A DNA stretch of 32,000 nt from Akkermansia muciniphila ATCC BAA-835 (GCF_000020225.1 NC_010655.1:30001-62000), one strand, 5' to 3'; shown: positions 1 through 9,365, numbered from the stretch's first letter. Notes: a model not told the origin generated them from the letters alone. Translations and numbers: made by a program.

Positions 1-150
1 TACTGGGCGAACAGATTGGGAAAAGACGACATCATAGCTTATCAGGCTTCCAAACGCGGTGGGACACTTTATTGCCGCATGGATGGAGCACGGGTAAAAT
101 TAGCAGGAAAAGCAGCCTTATATTCCATTGCCGAAACACAATCAAGATGA
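1..150 (+). CDS. C-terminal fragment of an unidentified protein; the CDS runs off the left edge
   Basis: Frame 1 is open from base 1 to the TGA at 148-150 (YWANRLGKDDIIAYQASKRGGTLYCRMDGARVKLAGKAALYSIAETQSR*). Forty-nine residues are too few for a family call. Confidence 0.3.
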   Translation, partial: YWANRLGKDDIIAYQASKRGGTLYCRMDGARVKLAGKAALYSIAETQSR

Positions 151-656
151 AGCGTCAATAGGTTAAGAACATATGCCGGGCGACGGAAAAAACGTCGCGC
201 GACAGAAATTATACATGCCCAATGACACAAACGGCGGTTTTGAATAATCAAGGACGCCGTTCTTCTATTCCCTAAAAAATAATGCAACTATGCTTTCAAA
301 CATGGCGGTCAACGGGAATAACTGCCATGAAGCACAAAGCATGCCGACAAATTCCGACGAGGTCTATATCAAAAAATACATCCGCCGCAGAATATCATAT
401 CTCCAAACGTGAATCATACCATGTAGCAAAAGTGAATATTTTTTCAAACTTCCATCCGGTATGCTTGTGTCTTTACAGGTGTGTTTTTTATTTTTCTTTA
501 TGGGAAATACAACAAAAAAAATCATGAAACAACCAAATCCCCCGGCCGGAAGCAGGAATCCAGCCGACCCGCCTGTGCCGCATTTGGAATCAGGAAAAAG
601 CGCAAGGAACAAAAAAATTGCTTTTTCCCGGGGATATCCTAGAGTGCCTCTCCGCA

Positions 657-1256
657 ATGAGCATGCCGCTTGCCGACTTGATCTTCCTGGCTTTTGCCCT
701 CTCCGTGGACGCTTTCGTCGTGGCGTTCTCCTACGGCCTGCTCATTAAGCAAAAGCGTTTGAGCAACGGAATCAAGCTCTCCCTGTCCACCGGGGCCGGT
801 CAATTCCTGATGCCCGTCCTGGGTTTTCTGCTTACAGGCTCCGTGCACCGGTATATTGCGGCCTGGGACCACTGGCTGGGCTTCGCCGTGTTCACCTTCC
901 TCGGGGTCAACGTCCTCCGCGAAGGCTGGAATCACCGCAACGAAGAAGAGGATATGCCCCACGTCACCAGCCTGACGTTTCCTACCCTTATGGCCGTGGG
1001 AATCGCCACCAGCATCGACGCGCTGGTAGCGGGCATCAGCATTTACCTTTCATCCGCCCAGTGTGGAACCGACCCTACCCTCCACGCGGTGCTTCTCCCC
1101 GCCGCCGCCATCGGCTTCACCACCTTCCTGTGCACGGCGGCCGGCTTTTTCCTGACCAGACGGCTGCACCGCTTTCCGACCTTTCATCTGGAAGCGGGAG
1201 CCGGGCTCATCCTCATCGGCCTGGGCGTCAAAATGCTCTGTGACCATTTGTGCTGA
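657..1256 (+). CDS. mntP: MntP-family putative manganese efflux pump (duplicated DUF204 membrane protein)
   Basis: About 199 aa and strongly hydrophobic. It has two copies of the family motif: LSVDAFVVAFSYG near the N-terminus and TSIDALVAGISIY in the second half. I prefer the ATG at 657 (or 663) over the TTG at 618 used by the ORF track. Confidence 0.75.
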   Translation: MSMPLADLIFLAFALSVDAFVVAFSYGLLIKQKRLSNGIKLSLSTGAGQFLMPVLGFLLTGSVHRYIAAWDHWLGFAVFTFLGVNVLREGWNHRNEEEDMPHVTSLTFPTLMAVGIATSIDALVAGISIYLSSAQCGTDPTLHAVLLPAAAIGFTTFLCTAAGFFLTRRLHRFPTFHLEAGAGLILIGLGVKMLCDHLC

Positions 1257-1364
1257 AATATGCCGCGAAGGATGATAAAAACGTCCTTCTGGCATCGTAA
1301 TAAGTCGAAAAACGCACTGGTTCCCTCCCACCTCTTTCTGCTATTATCAAGTAATCCCTTCCAC

Positions 1365-3593
1365 ATGAATATTTCACATCTTCTTCTCTGCACTTCCCTG
1401 CTCGCGGCTCCCGTCTGCGCGGCACAGGGCCTGACGGAAACTGAAACGGAAACGCCGGCCTCCTCCAGCCGCCTGCCGGCGCCCCTGGCACAAAAAATTG
1501 CCTCCGGAGACTTTGATGGCCTGCAGACGGAACTGCGCTCCACCCTCCTGAAGGCTGGAGAACAAACGAAATCCGAACAGAAACTGCTCCAGAACAAGCA
1601 GTACCGCCATTTGCTGGACATTCACGAACTCCTGCGCGTCACGGGACCGGACAAGGTGAAAGCCGTTTTCTCCAAAAGCGCGCAAGATGCCGCTTTCATC
1701 AAAACCTTTCTACAGGACCCGGTGTGGATGGAGCTTTACCTTGGAGCAGGCCTGATTCCGGAAAATTCACCGGAAGGCCTTCAAATCCTCTCCGACATCT
1801 GGAAAGCGGACGGCAAGAGCCCGGATTTCCGGAATTACCAATCCCTGGCCACCGGGCTGGCCTCTGTCTTTTCCACCGGCCCCATGGCGGGAAGGCTCAA
1901 AACCAACTCCGCCAACAGCAATCCGGTGCGCCGCTACCGGATTTTCAAAAAACTGCATCAGGAAAACAGGCTGCATCCGGGATTCATCAAACTGCGCCCA
2001 TGGGAAATGCGCTTCGTCGTGGGAAGTCCCTGGGACGATAAATCCTATGAATGGAGCAATGAACACGTCAACCTCCCCTGGCGGCGATACACGGCCGCCT
2101 GCTGGGCCGCTCCCTATACGGGCCACAATTTCTTTGGCGATACCATTCAGGGGCCCCTTTTCTACGTGCCGTGGAGGGATCTTAACACGACCGCGGAAAA
2201 CACGCAGATCATCGGCGGCGTTTGCGGCGGCCTCTCCTATTTTGGCACCATGGCGGCCCAGGCCCACGGCATCCCCGCTTATCCGGTAGGACAACCGGGC
2301 CACTGCGCGTACGCGGTGCGCGTGAAACGGGGGGAATGGAAAGGCGGCTTCGGCGGACCAGACGGAGGCATGCACAACCATATCTTCGGCTCCCAGGCTC
2401 CTACTTCCTACCTGCTGATGGAAAATGTCTTTGCTGACAACGATAAGGCGGACCAGGCCTACCTGTGGGCCGCCCAGGCCCGGCTGGACGAGGCTTCCGG
2501 CAACAAGGACAAGGCCATTCAGGCATGGGAGGAAGCGCTCAGGCAAACACCGCTGCACCCGTTCTTCCGCACGGAGCTTCAACGCCTGCTGATGGAAAAG
2601 GAAGGCATGCAACCTGTCGACTGGTACGTTTACGCCAAGGACGCCCTTTCCCACTATCAGGGCAACGGCTTTGCCGCATTCGACATCCTCAAGGACGTGC
2701 AGAATAAATTCCTGATGGATATTCCGCCCGCAGACCGGATTGCCTGGTTCCGGGACCTGCATGAAGCCATCGCCACCACTCCCACATCATGGGCGGTGAA
2801 ATTCCAGCCCGTGCTGGACTCCCAATCTGCCTTCCTGGCAAATCCGCAGGAAAAAGCGGCCTATCTGGAAACAGTCCTCTCCACCCACCTGAAAACGGGG
2901 GACGGCACCAACTTTGGCCAGGCGTTGGAATGGGGCGTGAAAAACTTTGTGGAAAACGGACAGGCGGACGTGTTCTCCAACGCATTCGCCAAGGTAGCCC
3001 AGCAAACGGGAAAAACCGGGACCTCCGGGAAAGCCCCCGACCCCAAAAAGCTGAAGGAAGCCTACGGCAAAGCCATCTATGCCACGGAAACGGCCCGCTC
3101 CATTCCGGCCTTCCAGGCCTTGAGCAAAGCGGCGGCCTCTTTCTCCGGCGCCAATGCGACGAACAATACGGTCAAGGCGTCCATTCCGCAGGGCTGGAAA
3201 CTGGTGCCCGCAGACGGCATGGTCCGGTGCTCCACCACGAGCCAGTGGGACAGCCCCTGGGACCATATCAACCTGCTGCGTCCCTGCGGCGGAGCCCAGC
3301 ATACGGATAAGGAAGCCAATCCGAACGTCATTGTAGAACTGAAAAACGGAGTGAACCTGGCCGGGCTGGTAGTCACCAAGCGCGACGGCAATGAAAACCG
3401 GATGAAGAAAATGGAGGTCTCCACGTCCACGGACGGAGCCACCTGGTTCCCCCTGGCCGCCACGGAAAACATGCCCAAGGAATGGGTCATCACCGCACCG
3501 GAAGGCACCAAAGCCAAGTGGATCAAGGTGGAAGCCAAAAACGCACAGCCGGAATTCATGCACCTGCGCCATATCCTCGTTTACGAAAAATAA
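1365..3593 (+). CDS. Secreted multidomain protein with a signal peptide, a transglutaminase-like Cys/His/Asp core, a helical TPR-like middle and a C-terminal discoidin (F5/8 type C)-like domain
   Basis: The ATG at 1365 gives a classic signal peptide (MNISHLLLCTSLLAAPVCAAQG). The core motif IIGGVCGGLSYFGTMAAQAHGIPAYPVGQPGHCAYAVRVKRGEWKGGFGGPDG (about 2214-2366) fits the transglutaminase-core pattern G-x-C...GIPA-x-x-V-x-G...H-x-A/W...D. The last ~138 aa (3177-3590; VIVELKNGVNLAGLVVTKRDGNENRMKKMEVSTSTDGATWFPL...WIKVEAKN) look like a galactose-binding/discoidin fold. Confidence 0.7.
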   Translation: MNISHLLLCTSLLAAPVCAAQGLTETETETPASSSRLPAPLAQKIASGDFDGLQTELRSTLLKAGEQTKSEQKLLQNKQYRHLLDIHELLRVTGPDKVKAVFSKSAQDAAFIKTFLQDPVWMELYLGAGLIPENSPEGLQILSDIWKADGKSPDFRNYQSLATGLASVFSTGPMAGRLKTNSANSNPVRRYRIFKKLHQENRLHPGFIKLRPWEMRFVVGSPWDDKSYEWSNEHVNLPWRRYTAACWAAPYTGHNFFGDTIQGPLFYVPWRDLNTTAENTQIIGGVCGGLSYFGTMAAQAHGIPAYPVGQPGHCAYAVRVKRGEWKGGFGGPDGGMHNHIFGSQAPTSYLLMENVFADNDKADQAYLWAAQARLDEASGNKDKAIQAWEEALRQTPLHPFFRTELQRLLMEKEGMQPVDWYVYAKDALSHYQGNGFAAFDILKDVQNKFLMDIPPADRIAWFRDLHEAIATTPTSWAVKFQPVLDSQSAFLANPQEKAAYLETVLSTHLKTGDGTNFGQALEWGVKNFVENGQADVFSNAFAKVAQQTGKTGTSGKAPDPKKLKEAYGKAIYATETARSIPAFQALSKAAASFSGANATNNTVKASIPQGWKLVPADGMVRCSTTSQWDSPWDHINLLRPCGGAQHTDKEANPNVIVELKNGVNLAGLVVTKRDGNENRMKKMEVSTSTDGATWFPLAATENMPKEWVITAPEGTKAKWIKVEAKNAQPEFMHLRHILVYEK

Positions 3594-3609
3594 ATTCTCC
3601 ATTAACGCC

Positions 3610-4827
3610 ATGCTTCATCACATCAATCCCGTTTCCGGCCTGCTGGCCGCAGCCCTCTTCCTGTCCGCCCCTGTTCAGGCGGCCCTCCCCGTTTACAGCG
3701 CCGTGAAAGACGAGGCGAAAACCGTCAATAAATACATGATCGTCGTATGGGCCGGCACGGACTGGTCCCCAAAATCACGTGAAATCACCCGCGCTGTGGA
3801 ACACCTGGCCAAGAACTCCCCGGAACCCGTGCTCTGGTGTATCCAGGACGAGCGTGAGGAAATGACGGAAGAAGAGCAGAAACTGCCCAAGCCCCCGGGG
3901 GAAATCTGGAACATCCCCGCCATTCAGGTGGTCTCCCCCACCGGAAACATGGTATTCCTGTCGGAAGGTGTCTCCAGGGAAACATTGCCAGCCGTCATGA
4001 AGCAGGCAATGGAAGCCGTAAAACAGCAAAACAAGGCCAATGCCCTGTGGGAAAAAGCCGCCGCTTCATCCGGAACGGCCGCGGCCCTTCTTTACGGAGA
4101 AGGGCTTCAGCAGCTTCCTCCTTATGCGGCCTCTTCCAGAAAGGATATTCTGGAAAAAATCAAGAAGGCGGATCCGGAAGACATCAAGGGAGTGCACTTC
4201 AAATACACGTTCAGGCATCTGCCCTACATCGAAAAAGTGCAGAGAATGGTGAATGATTCCGCCAAAGACGGCGGTCCAAAGGATTACAAAACCGCCCATG
4301 CCTATGTAAACAAACAGCTCAAAACCCCCGGCCTGACTCCCCTTCAAAAACAACAGGTCATGGCGGCCAGGTTCTGGCTCTACCGCAATGAAGGGAAAAA
4401 GGACCAGGCGCTGAAGACCCTGACGGACATCGCCAGGATATCCCCTAAAACCCTCATGGGAATAGGCGCCCAGAACTACTACCGCTACCTGACGGAACCC
4501 GTCACCCTGAAAAGTCCTCACTTCACAGGCTACGACCTGCGTCCGGAACTGACGCCTACCCGCGTCAACGTCAGCAGCATGCTTGACGGCCCCGGAAACT
4601 ACAAGATTACCTTCAAGATGAACAGCGGCGGCTGCAATATCCGCAACCCCCGCTTCATGAAGGGCAACCGCGTAGTCAGCGAACTGCCCAAGGACCGGCA
4701 GGACAAAAACGGGCGCGAATTCACCCTGCGCCTCTCCGGTTCCGAAAAGCCGGACTTGGTTTTCGACTGCCAGGGCCAGGGATGGTTCGATGCGGACTGC
4801 GACATCATCGTGACCAAGGAATCCTGA
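3610..4827 (+). CDS. Secreted hypothetical protein with an N-terminal thioredoxin-like fold lacking the CxxC cysteines
   Basis: Signal peptide MLHHINPVSGLLAAALFLSAPVQAA. The stretch YMIVVWAGTDWSPKSREI...NIPAIQVVSPTGNMVFLSEG resembles a thioredoxin-fold layout, with SPKS in place of C-x-x-C. It lies 16 nt downstream of the previous gene, so the two are probably co-transcribed. Confidence 0.65.
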   Translation: MLHHINPVSGLLAAALFLSAPVQAALPVYSAVKDEAKTVNKYMIVVWAGTDWSPKSREITRAVEHLAKNSPEPVLWCIQDEREEMTEEEQKLPKPPGEIWNIPAIQVVSPTGNMVFLSEGVSRETLPAVMKQAMEAVKQQNKANALWEKAAASSGTAAALLYGEGLQQLPPYAASSRKDILEKIKKADPEDIKGVHFKYTFRHLPYIEKVQRMVNDSAKDGGPKDYKTAHAYVNKQLKTPGLTPLQKQQVMAARFWLYRNEGKKDQALKTLTDIARISPKTLMGIGAQNYYRYLTEPVTLKSPHFTGYDLRPELTPTRVNVSSMLDGPGNYKITFKMNSGGCNIRNPRFMKGNRVVSELPKDRQDKNGREFTLRLSGSEKPDLVFDCQGQGWFDADCDIIVTKES

Positions 4828-4873
4828 CTCCTGCCGGCAAACGAACAAAACCGCCATTCACAACCTTCACGAA

Positions 4874-4908
4874 GGCAGGACATTCCCAAGGAATTTCCTG
4901 CCTTTTTT
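4874..4908 (+). terminator. Rho-independent terminator after the 3610-4827 gene
   Basis: Stem GGCAGGA (4874-4880) pairs with TCCTGCC (4896-4902), followed by TTTTTT (4903-4908). Confidence 0.6.
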
Positions 4909-5057
4909 CCGATGGGAGAAGAATTTCCAGCCAGCGCCCAAGCGGAAGCATCCCTCTCTCCCTGCTTCTTGCCGGCCAAAGCCGAACAACATTCCCGGCA
5001 GCTTCAAAGGAGCAATAAGGGAAACCTTCTTCTCATTCCCGCGTTTTCAAGGAAGAA

Positions 5058-6437
5058 TTACCCCTTCTTCCCGCCTTCCCCGGCGTTCTCCGCCAGTTGA
5101 CGGCGGTATTCCATGCGTTCCCTGATCCTCAGTTCCAGCCCGTTTCCGGTGGGGGTGTAATACACGCGGCCTTCCGGGAGGTAGGCCTGGGGTACGTAAT
5201 GTTCCGGATAGTCGTGGGAATACAGGTATTCCAGCCTGGCGGCATCCGCGCCTCCGGCGGCAGCCAGCTTCTTGCGCGTTGGCGTCCGCAGGTGTTCCGG
5301 CACTGCCAGCGTTTTCCCATTGCGCACGTCATCCATAGCGGCATTGATGCCCATGTAGGCGGAATTGCTCTTGGGGGCCGTCGCCAGGTAAACCGCAGCA
5401 TGCGCCAGAGGAATGCGTGCTTCCGGCATGCCGACCATTTCCGCCGCGCGCGCCGCGTCCAAAGCTACGCGCAGGGCGTTGGAATCCGCCAGCCCTACAT
5501 CCTCCGACGCGGCGATGACCAGCCTTCTTCCTATAAAGCGGATATCCTCCCCGGCTTCCAGCATCATCCCCAGCCAATACAGGGCGGCGTCCGGGTCAGA
5601 GCCGCGCATGGATTTGATGAAAGCGGAAATCGTATCGTAATGGGAATCCCCCAGGCGATCGTACCTGATAGCCTTGCGCTGGATGGATTCCTCCGCTACG
5701 GAGATGTCCACATGAATGACGCCGTCTTTCCCCGCAGGAGTGGACAGAACAGCCACTTCCAGAGCCGTGAGCGCCTTCCTGGCGTCTCCGTCCGCTTTGG
5801 CGGCCAAATGGTTCAGGGCTTCCGCCTCCATATCCACGCGGGATGCGCCCAGCCCGCGCACCTCATCCGCCAGGGCGCGCTTCAGCAGGGCGGCCAGCTC
5901 CTCCTCCGGCACCGGCTCCATCGGAAAAACCTGGGAACGGGACAGGAGGGGGGAGTTAATCGCAAAATAGGGATTTTCCGTGGTCGCCCCGATAAACCTG
6001 ACCGTACCCTTTTCCAGATGGGGAAGCAGAACATCCTGTTGAGCCTTGTTGAACCGGTGCAGCTCATCCACGAAAAGAACGGTTTTCCGCCCGTGCATGC
6101 TCATCCTCATCTGCGCCTGGGCTATTTTTTCCCGGATGTCCGCTACATTGGATTCCACGCCATTGAGCATCATGAAATGGGCATTCGTCGTCCGGGCGAT
6201 GACGGCGGCCAGAGTAGTTTTTCCGCACCCGGGAGGCCCGTAGAAAATCAGGGACGTAAACCGGTCCGTCTCAATTGCCCGTCTCAGCAGCTTACCCGGA
6301 GCCAGCAGATGCTTCTGCCCGGCCACTTCATCCAGGGTGCGCGGGCGCATGCGCGCGGCCAGCGGCATGGCGGAAGTGTCCGCCCCGGGCTCAAAGCCTT
6401 CCCGCGCTTCCTCTTCCTGTAAACTGAACAAATCCAT
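5058..6437 (-). CDS. rarA: Replication-associated recombination protein A (MgsA/RarA AAA+ ATPase)
   Basis: Walker A motif FYGPPGCGKTTLA, Walker B motif VLFVDELHRFNKAQQD and RFIGATTENPYF, plus the MgsA C-terminal helical region (HYDTISAFIKSMRGSDPDAALYWL, IGRRLVIAASEDVGLAD, LATAPKSNS). The ORF-track start at 6479 is a TTG, so I prefer the first ATG at 6437 (MDLFSLQEE...). Confidence 0.9.
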   Translation of the reverse strand: MDLFSLQEEEAREGFEPGADTSAMPLAARMRPRTLDEVAGQKHLLAPGKLLRRAIETDRFTSLIFYGPPGCGKTTLAAVIARTTNAHFMMLNGVESNVADIREKIAQAQMRMSMHGRKTVLFVDELHRFNKAQQDVLLPHLEKGTVRFIGATTENPYFAINSPLLSRSQVFPMEPVPEEELAALLKRALADEVRGLGASRVDMEAEALNHLAAKADGDARKALTALEVAVLSTPAGKDGVIHVDISVAEESIQRKAIRYDRLGDSHYDTISAFIKSMRGSDPDAALYWLGMMLEAGEDIRFIGRRLVIAASEDVGLADSNALRVALDAARAAEMVGMPEARIPLAHAAVYLATAPKSNSAYMGINAAMDDVRNGKTLAVPEHLRTPTRKKLAAAGGADAARLEYLYSHDYPEHYVPQAYLPEGRVYYTPTGNGLELRIRERMEYRRQLAENAGEGGKKG

Positions 6438-6544
6438 CGGAAACACTTTACCCGGTTGAAAGGCCGGAGAAAAGGCCAATCCCCGGAATCCTGAAAGTTT
6501 GCGGAAGCGACACCGTTCCCCCCCTCAGGACGGAAAATGCACCT

Positions 6545-6940
6545 TTATCCAAACATGGACCAGCAGGACAGCATGAAAACCATGCTGACAGGAGCCAAAA
6601 TGCTGAACAGCAGCCCCGCAACAGCCAATCCCCTGCGGTTCACCTCCCAGTAATGAAGGGAGGCGATCAGCATCCAGATGGGAACCACAACCATGTGGAC
6701 GAGAGCCAGGAGCCCCCAGCCCGCCAGCACCAGCAAAAAGAGCCATGACTGCGAGCCGTCCGCATTATTGCTCGGCATGACAAGGCCAAAGAAGCGGTAC
6801 ACAAGCAAAAAGAAGACGAAGATGGCAAAAGGTATCCATCCCCAGCGGGCTTCCTCCTTCCGGCGGGCCATGGCCAATTCAAAACAGGGATCTTTAAACG
6901 CAGGCAATTGCTTGGCAGAAGAATCTCTGAAGAAATACAT
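6545..6940 (-). CDS. Small integral membrane protein, function unknown
   Basis: 131 aa with about four hydrophobic helices (WIPFAIFVFFLLVYRFFGLV, WLFLLVLAGWGLLALVHMVVV, and others). An alternative ATG at 6871 (MARRKEE...) is possible. It sits upstream of rarA on the same strand. Confidence 0.5.
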   Translation of the reverse strand: MYFFRDSSAKQLPAFKDPCFELAMARRKEEARWGWIPFAIFVFFLLVYRFFGLVMPSNNADGSQSWLFLLVLAGWGLLALVHMVVVPIWMLIASLHYWEVNRRGLAVAGLLFSILAPVSMVFMLSCWSMFG

Positions 6941-7233
6941 ATCGCCCGAAGTCTCTATTATTACGTCTTTCTTCCGTCAATAACATTCAATGCCAGTCCG
7001 GATTTTTTCCGCAGAAAATTTTTCCCTCTAACAAATATGGGATATCGGCTTCCGACCATTACCTTATTGTCAAAGCAAAGTTTTGTGAAAATTCATGAAA
7101 CGCTCTTGATTATAAATAATTTTCCCTTTTTTTCGGATACTTGCTCTTCGTCTTTTCCCATGATAAAAAAGTCTTTTTGCATCATCCGAATTTCAACACC
7201 CGTTCAATTTGTCATACACAGCCCCAGTTTCCC

Positions 7234-7272
7234 ATAAAAAAGACTGCCTCCGCTGCAGGAGCGGAGGCAGTC
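7234..7272 (-). terminator. Rho-independent terminator ending the minus-strand operon (7306-11069)
   Basis: A perfect 12-bp stem, GACTGCCTCCGC (7242-7253) with GCGGAGGCAGTC (7261-7272), and a 7-nt loop. On the minus strand the hairpin is followed by TTTTTT (plus-strand A-run 7236-7241). It lies 34 nt after the epimerase stop. Confidence 0.75.
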
Positions 7273-7305
7273 CGGGGGTAATATAAAACCGGAAATTACA
7301 GAAGG

Positions 7306-8232
7306 TTACCTGCCCAGAATGCCCTTGAAGTATTCCAGCGTCGTCGCCAGGCCTTCCGGCAAAGTATGCCTGGGCTGCCATCCGGCATTGCGGAGCTTGT
7401 CCGCACAGGCGCGGGAATGCTTGACGTCTCCCGGACGTTCCGGGGCATGAAGCACCTTGGAGGAAGACCCGGCAGCCTTGATGATGTTCTGCGCCAGCTC
7501 TTCAATGGTGATCTGGCCGCCGTAACCGGCATTGAACACGCCGGTGACTTCCGGGTGTTCCGCCACAAAGGTGAGGGCTCCTACAATGTCTTTCACATAA
7601 ATGAAATCGCGCGTCTGGGAGCCGTCCCCATACACGGTGATGTCTTCTCCTTTGACAGCTTTTTCAATGAAAATGGGCACGGCTGCGGCATAGGCGCCCT
7701 TGGGGTCCTGCCGGGGGCCGAAGACATTGAAGAAGCGCACGGCTGCCGTATTAATTTTTCCTTCCGCCCGGAACATGTTGAGGTAGTATTCCCCATCCAG
7801 CTTGGTAATGGCATAGGGACTCTTGGGTTCCGGGTACATGGTTTCCAGTTTGGGCACCGTGGGATTGTCTCCGTAAATGGCGGCGGAAGACGCCAGCACG
7901 ATTTTTTTGACTCCGGCGGCGGAAGCTTCCTCCAGCACGTTCAGCAAACCGTTGACGTTGATGTCGATGCATTCGCTGATCTTGCTCATGGATTCCGGCA
8001 CGGAGACGAGCGCGGCCATGTGGAAAATATAGTCCACTCCCTGCACCGCCTGGCGCACCAGCTCCCGGTCGCAGATGGAACCTTCGATGAACGTGTGCCT
8101 GAGCCCTTCCAGGTTCTTGAGATAGCCCGTGCGCAGGTTGTCCAGCACACGGATTTCCTCCGCCTTATCCTGATAGTGTTCCACAATGTGGGAACCGATG
8201 AATCCGGCGCCGCCGGTTACGAGAATCTTCAT
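7306..8232 (-). CDS. NAD-dependent extended-SDR sugar-nucleotide 4-epimerase (UDP-GlcNAc/UDP-Glc 4-epimerase-like)
   Basis: Rossmann motif MKILVTGGAGFIGSH, a catalytic Ser in SSAAIYGD and a YxxxK motif in SPYAITKLDGEYY. At 308 aa it is typical of the WbpP/GalE-type family. Confidence 0.85.
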   Translation of the reverse strand: MKILVTGGAGFIGSHIVEHYQDKAEEIRVLDNLRTGYLKNLEGLRHTFIEGSICDRELVRQAVQGVDYIFHMAALVSVPESMSKISECIDINVNGLLNVLEEASAAGVKKIVLASSAAIYGDNPTVPKLETMYPEPKSPYAITKLDGEYYLNMFRAEGKINTAAVRFFNVFGPRQDPKGAYAAAVPIFIEKAVKGEDITVYGDGSQTRDFIYVKDIVGALTFVAEHPEVTGVFNAGYGGQITIEELAQNIIKAAGSSSKVLHAPERPGDVKHSRACADKLRNAGWQPRHTLPEGLATTLEYFKGILGR

Positions 8233-8258
8233 GTTTTTCCGATGTTGGTAGATATTGG

Positions 8259-9353
8259 TTAATAGCGGTCCACAATGGCCTTCATTTCATCCATCTGCGC
8301 CTCAATGGATTCTACCAGGGCCATCTGCGTGCGGCAGCGGTCCAGGTTGTGTTCCGGACGGTGGATTTTAAAATACACGTCACCGGACAGGTAGTCCGTC
8401 AGGAAGCGGATGCCGCATTCCATCGTGAGCAATTTGCCGGAGAACGGCAGCAGGCTCTTTTCCAGAGGCGTCAGGAAACTCTTGGCTGAACTCAGGTAAC
8501 CCTGAACCAGAGCTTCAAACATGAACATGCGCATCGTGACCTTGGAGACGTCCTTTTCATCTTCCGCGGCGGGAGACGTAGCCGTCCGGATCATGTCGCC
8601 GAAGTCGTAAATGGCGGAACCGGGCATCGTGGTATCCAGGTCAATCACGCAAATGCCTTCTCCGGTTACATCGTCCAGCATCACATTGTTCAGCTTGGTA
8701 TCATTGTGCGTACAGCGCAGGGGCAATTCCCCGGATTTCAGGTAATCCACCACCAGATGGCAGTCCGACTCACGGGAAAGGTACCAGTCTATTTCCTTCT
8801 GCACTTCCTTCACGCGCCCCAGGGGGTCGGACTGGATGGCCTCTTTCAGAGCCGCCAGGCGGGAAGTGGTATTGTGGAAATTGGGAATGGTTTCAAACAG
8901 GGGCTCTCCGGGCAGGTCTGCCGTGAGCTTCTGGAATTCGCCGAAGGCGCGCGCCGCTTCCTGGCACTGCCTGGTAGTTTCAATCTGGTCATACGTGCGT
9001 GCGCGTTCAATGAACGGGTACACGCGCCAGCAGTTGCCGTCCGAATCCAGGGCGTACGGCTTGCCGTCCACGGAGGGAACCAGCGTGAGAGTGCGGCGGT
9101 AAGCTTCCGGGCACTGTTCCTCCTTCAGGCGCTTCAGGGCGTGGTCCGTCACGCGCTTTACGTTCTCCATCAGAGGGATGGGCTGCTTGAACACGTTATG
9201 GTTCACGCGCTGGAGGATGTAGCGGATGCGCTGTCCCGCCTGATCCACCCAGATACAGTAGGTGTCATTGATGTGGCCGCTGCCGTAGGAATAACCGTGG
9301 ACAAAATCGCCGCGGAGATCGAACAGGGTTGATACAGCCTTGAGATCGTGCAT
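8259..9353 (-). CDS. nahK: N-acetylhexosamine 1-kinase-like protein (NahK/LnpB type, aminoglycoside-phosphotransferase fold)
   Basis: 364 aa. It has the APH-fold catalytic loop THNDTKLNNVML and the metal-binding motif VIDLDTTMPGSAIYDFGD. Three further blocks match the bifidobacterial anomeric HexNAc kinase family as I recall it: EDEKDVSKV, LLPFSGKLLTMECGIRFLTDYLSGDVYF and RPEHNLDRCRTQ. Confidence 0.75.
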   Translation of the reverse strand: MHDLKAVSTLFDLRGDFVHGYSYGSGHINDTYCIWVDQAGQRIRYILQRVNHNVFKQPIPLMENVKRVTDHALKRLKEEQCPEAYRRTLTLVPSVDGKPYALDSDGNCWRVYPFIERARTYDQIETTRQCQEAARAFGEFQKLTADLPGEPLFETIPNFHNTTSRLAALKEAIQSDPLGRVKEVQKEIDWYLSRESDCHLVVDYLKSGELPLRCTHNDTKLNNVMLDDVTGEGICVIDLDTTMPGSAIYDFGDMIRTATSPAAEDEKDVSKVTMRMFMFEALVQGYLSSAKSFLTPLEKSLLPFSGKLLTMECGIRFLTDYLSGDVYFKIHRPEHNLDRCRTQMALVESIEAQMDEMKAIVDRY

Positions 9354-9365
9354 AGGGAAAAAGGC

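Noticed and set aside
151-656. A possible yybP-ykoY manganese riboswitch in the ~500-nt non-coding stretch upstream of mntP, plus small ORFs at 69-287, 282-527 and 364-657.
   Set aside because: I could not find the conserved GGGGAGUAG or GAGAC loop elements of that riboswitch. The small ORFs overlap one another in an AT-rich region and read like non-coding sequence. A covariance-model scan would be needed to reopen this.
5097-6422. A 441-aa plus-strand ORF antisense to rarA. Similar long antisense or out-of-frame ORFs occur elsewhere: 1767-2762, 2787-3611, 4066-4857, 7366-8262, 9348-10253, 27302-28009 and 27597-28391.
   Set aside because: Each lies fully inside a gene with clear family motifs on the other strand or in another frame. 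Their translations are Arg/Gly/Pro-rich and low in complexity, which is typical of stop-poor shadow frames in GC-rich coding DNA.
6941-7233. A 109-aa ORF (6908-7237) and a possible element in the ~290-nt AT-rich tract between the membrane-protein gene and the operon terminator.
   Set aside because: The translation is Phe/Ile/Ser-rich with no protein-like pattern. The tract is most simply the promoter and upstream region for the 6940-5058 minus-strand genes. I saw no repeats or RNA structure beyond the terminator at 7234-7272.
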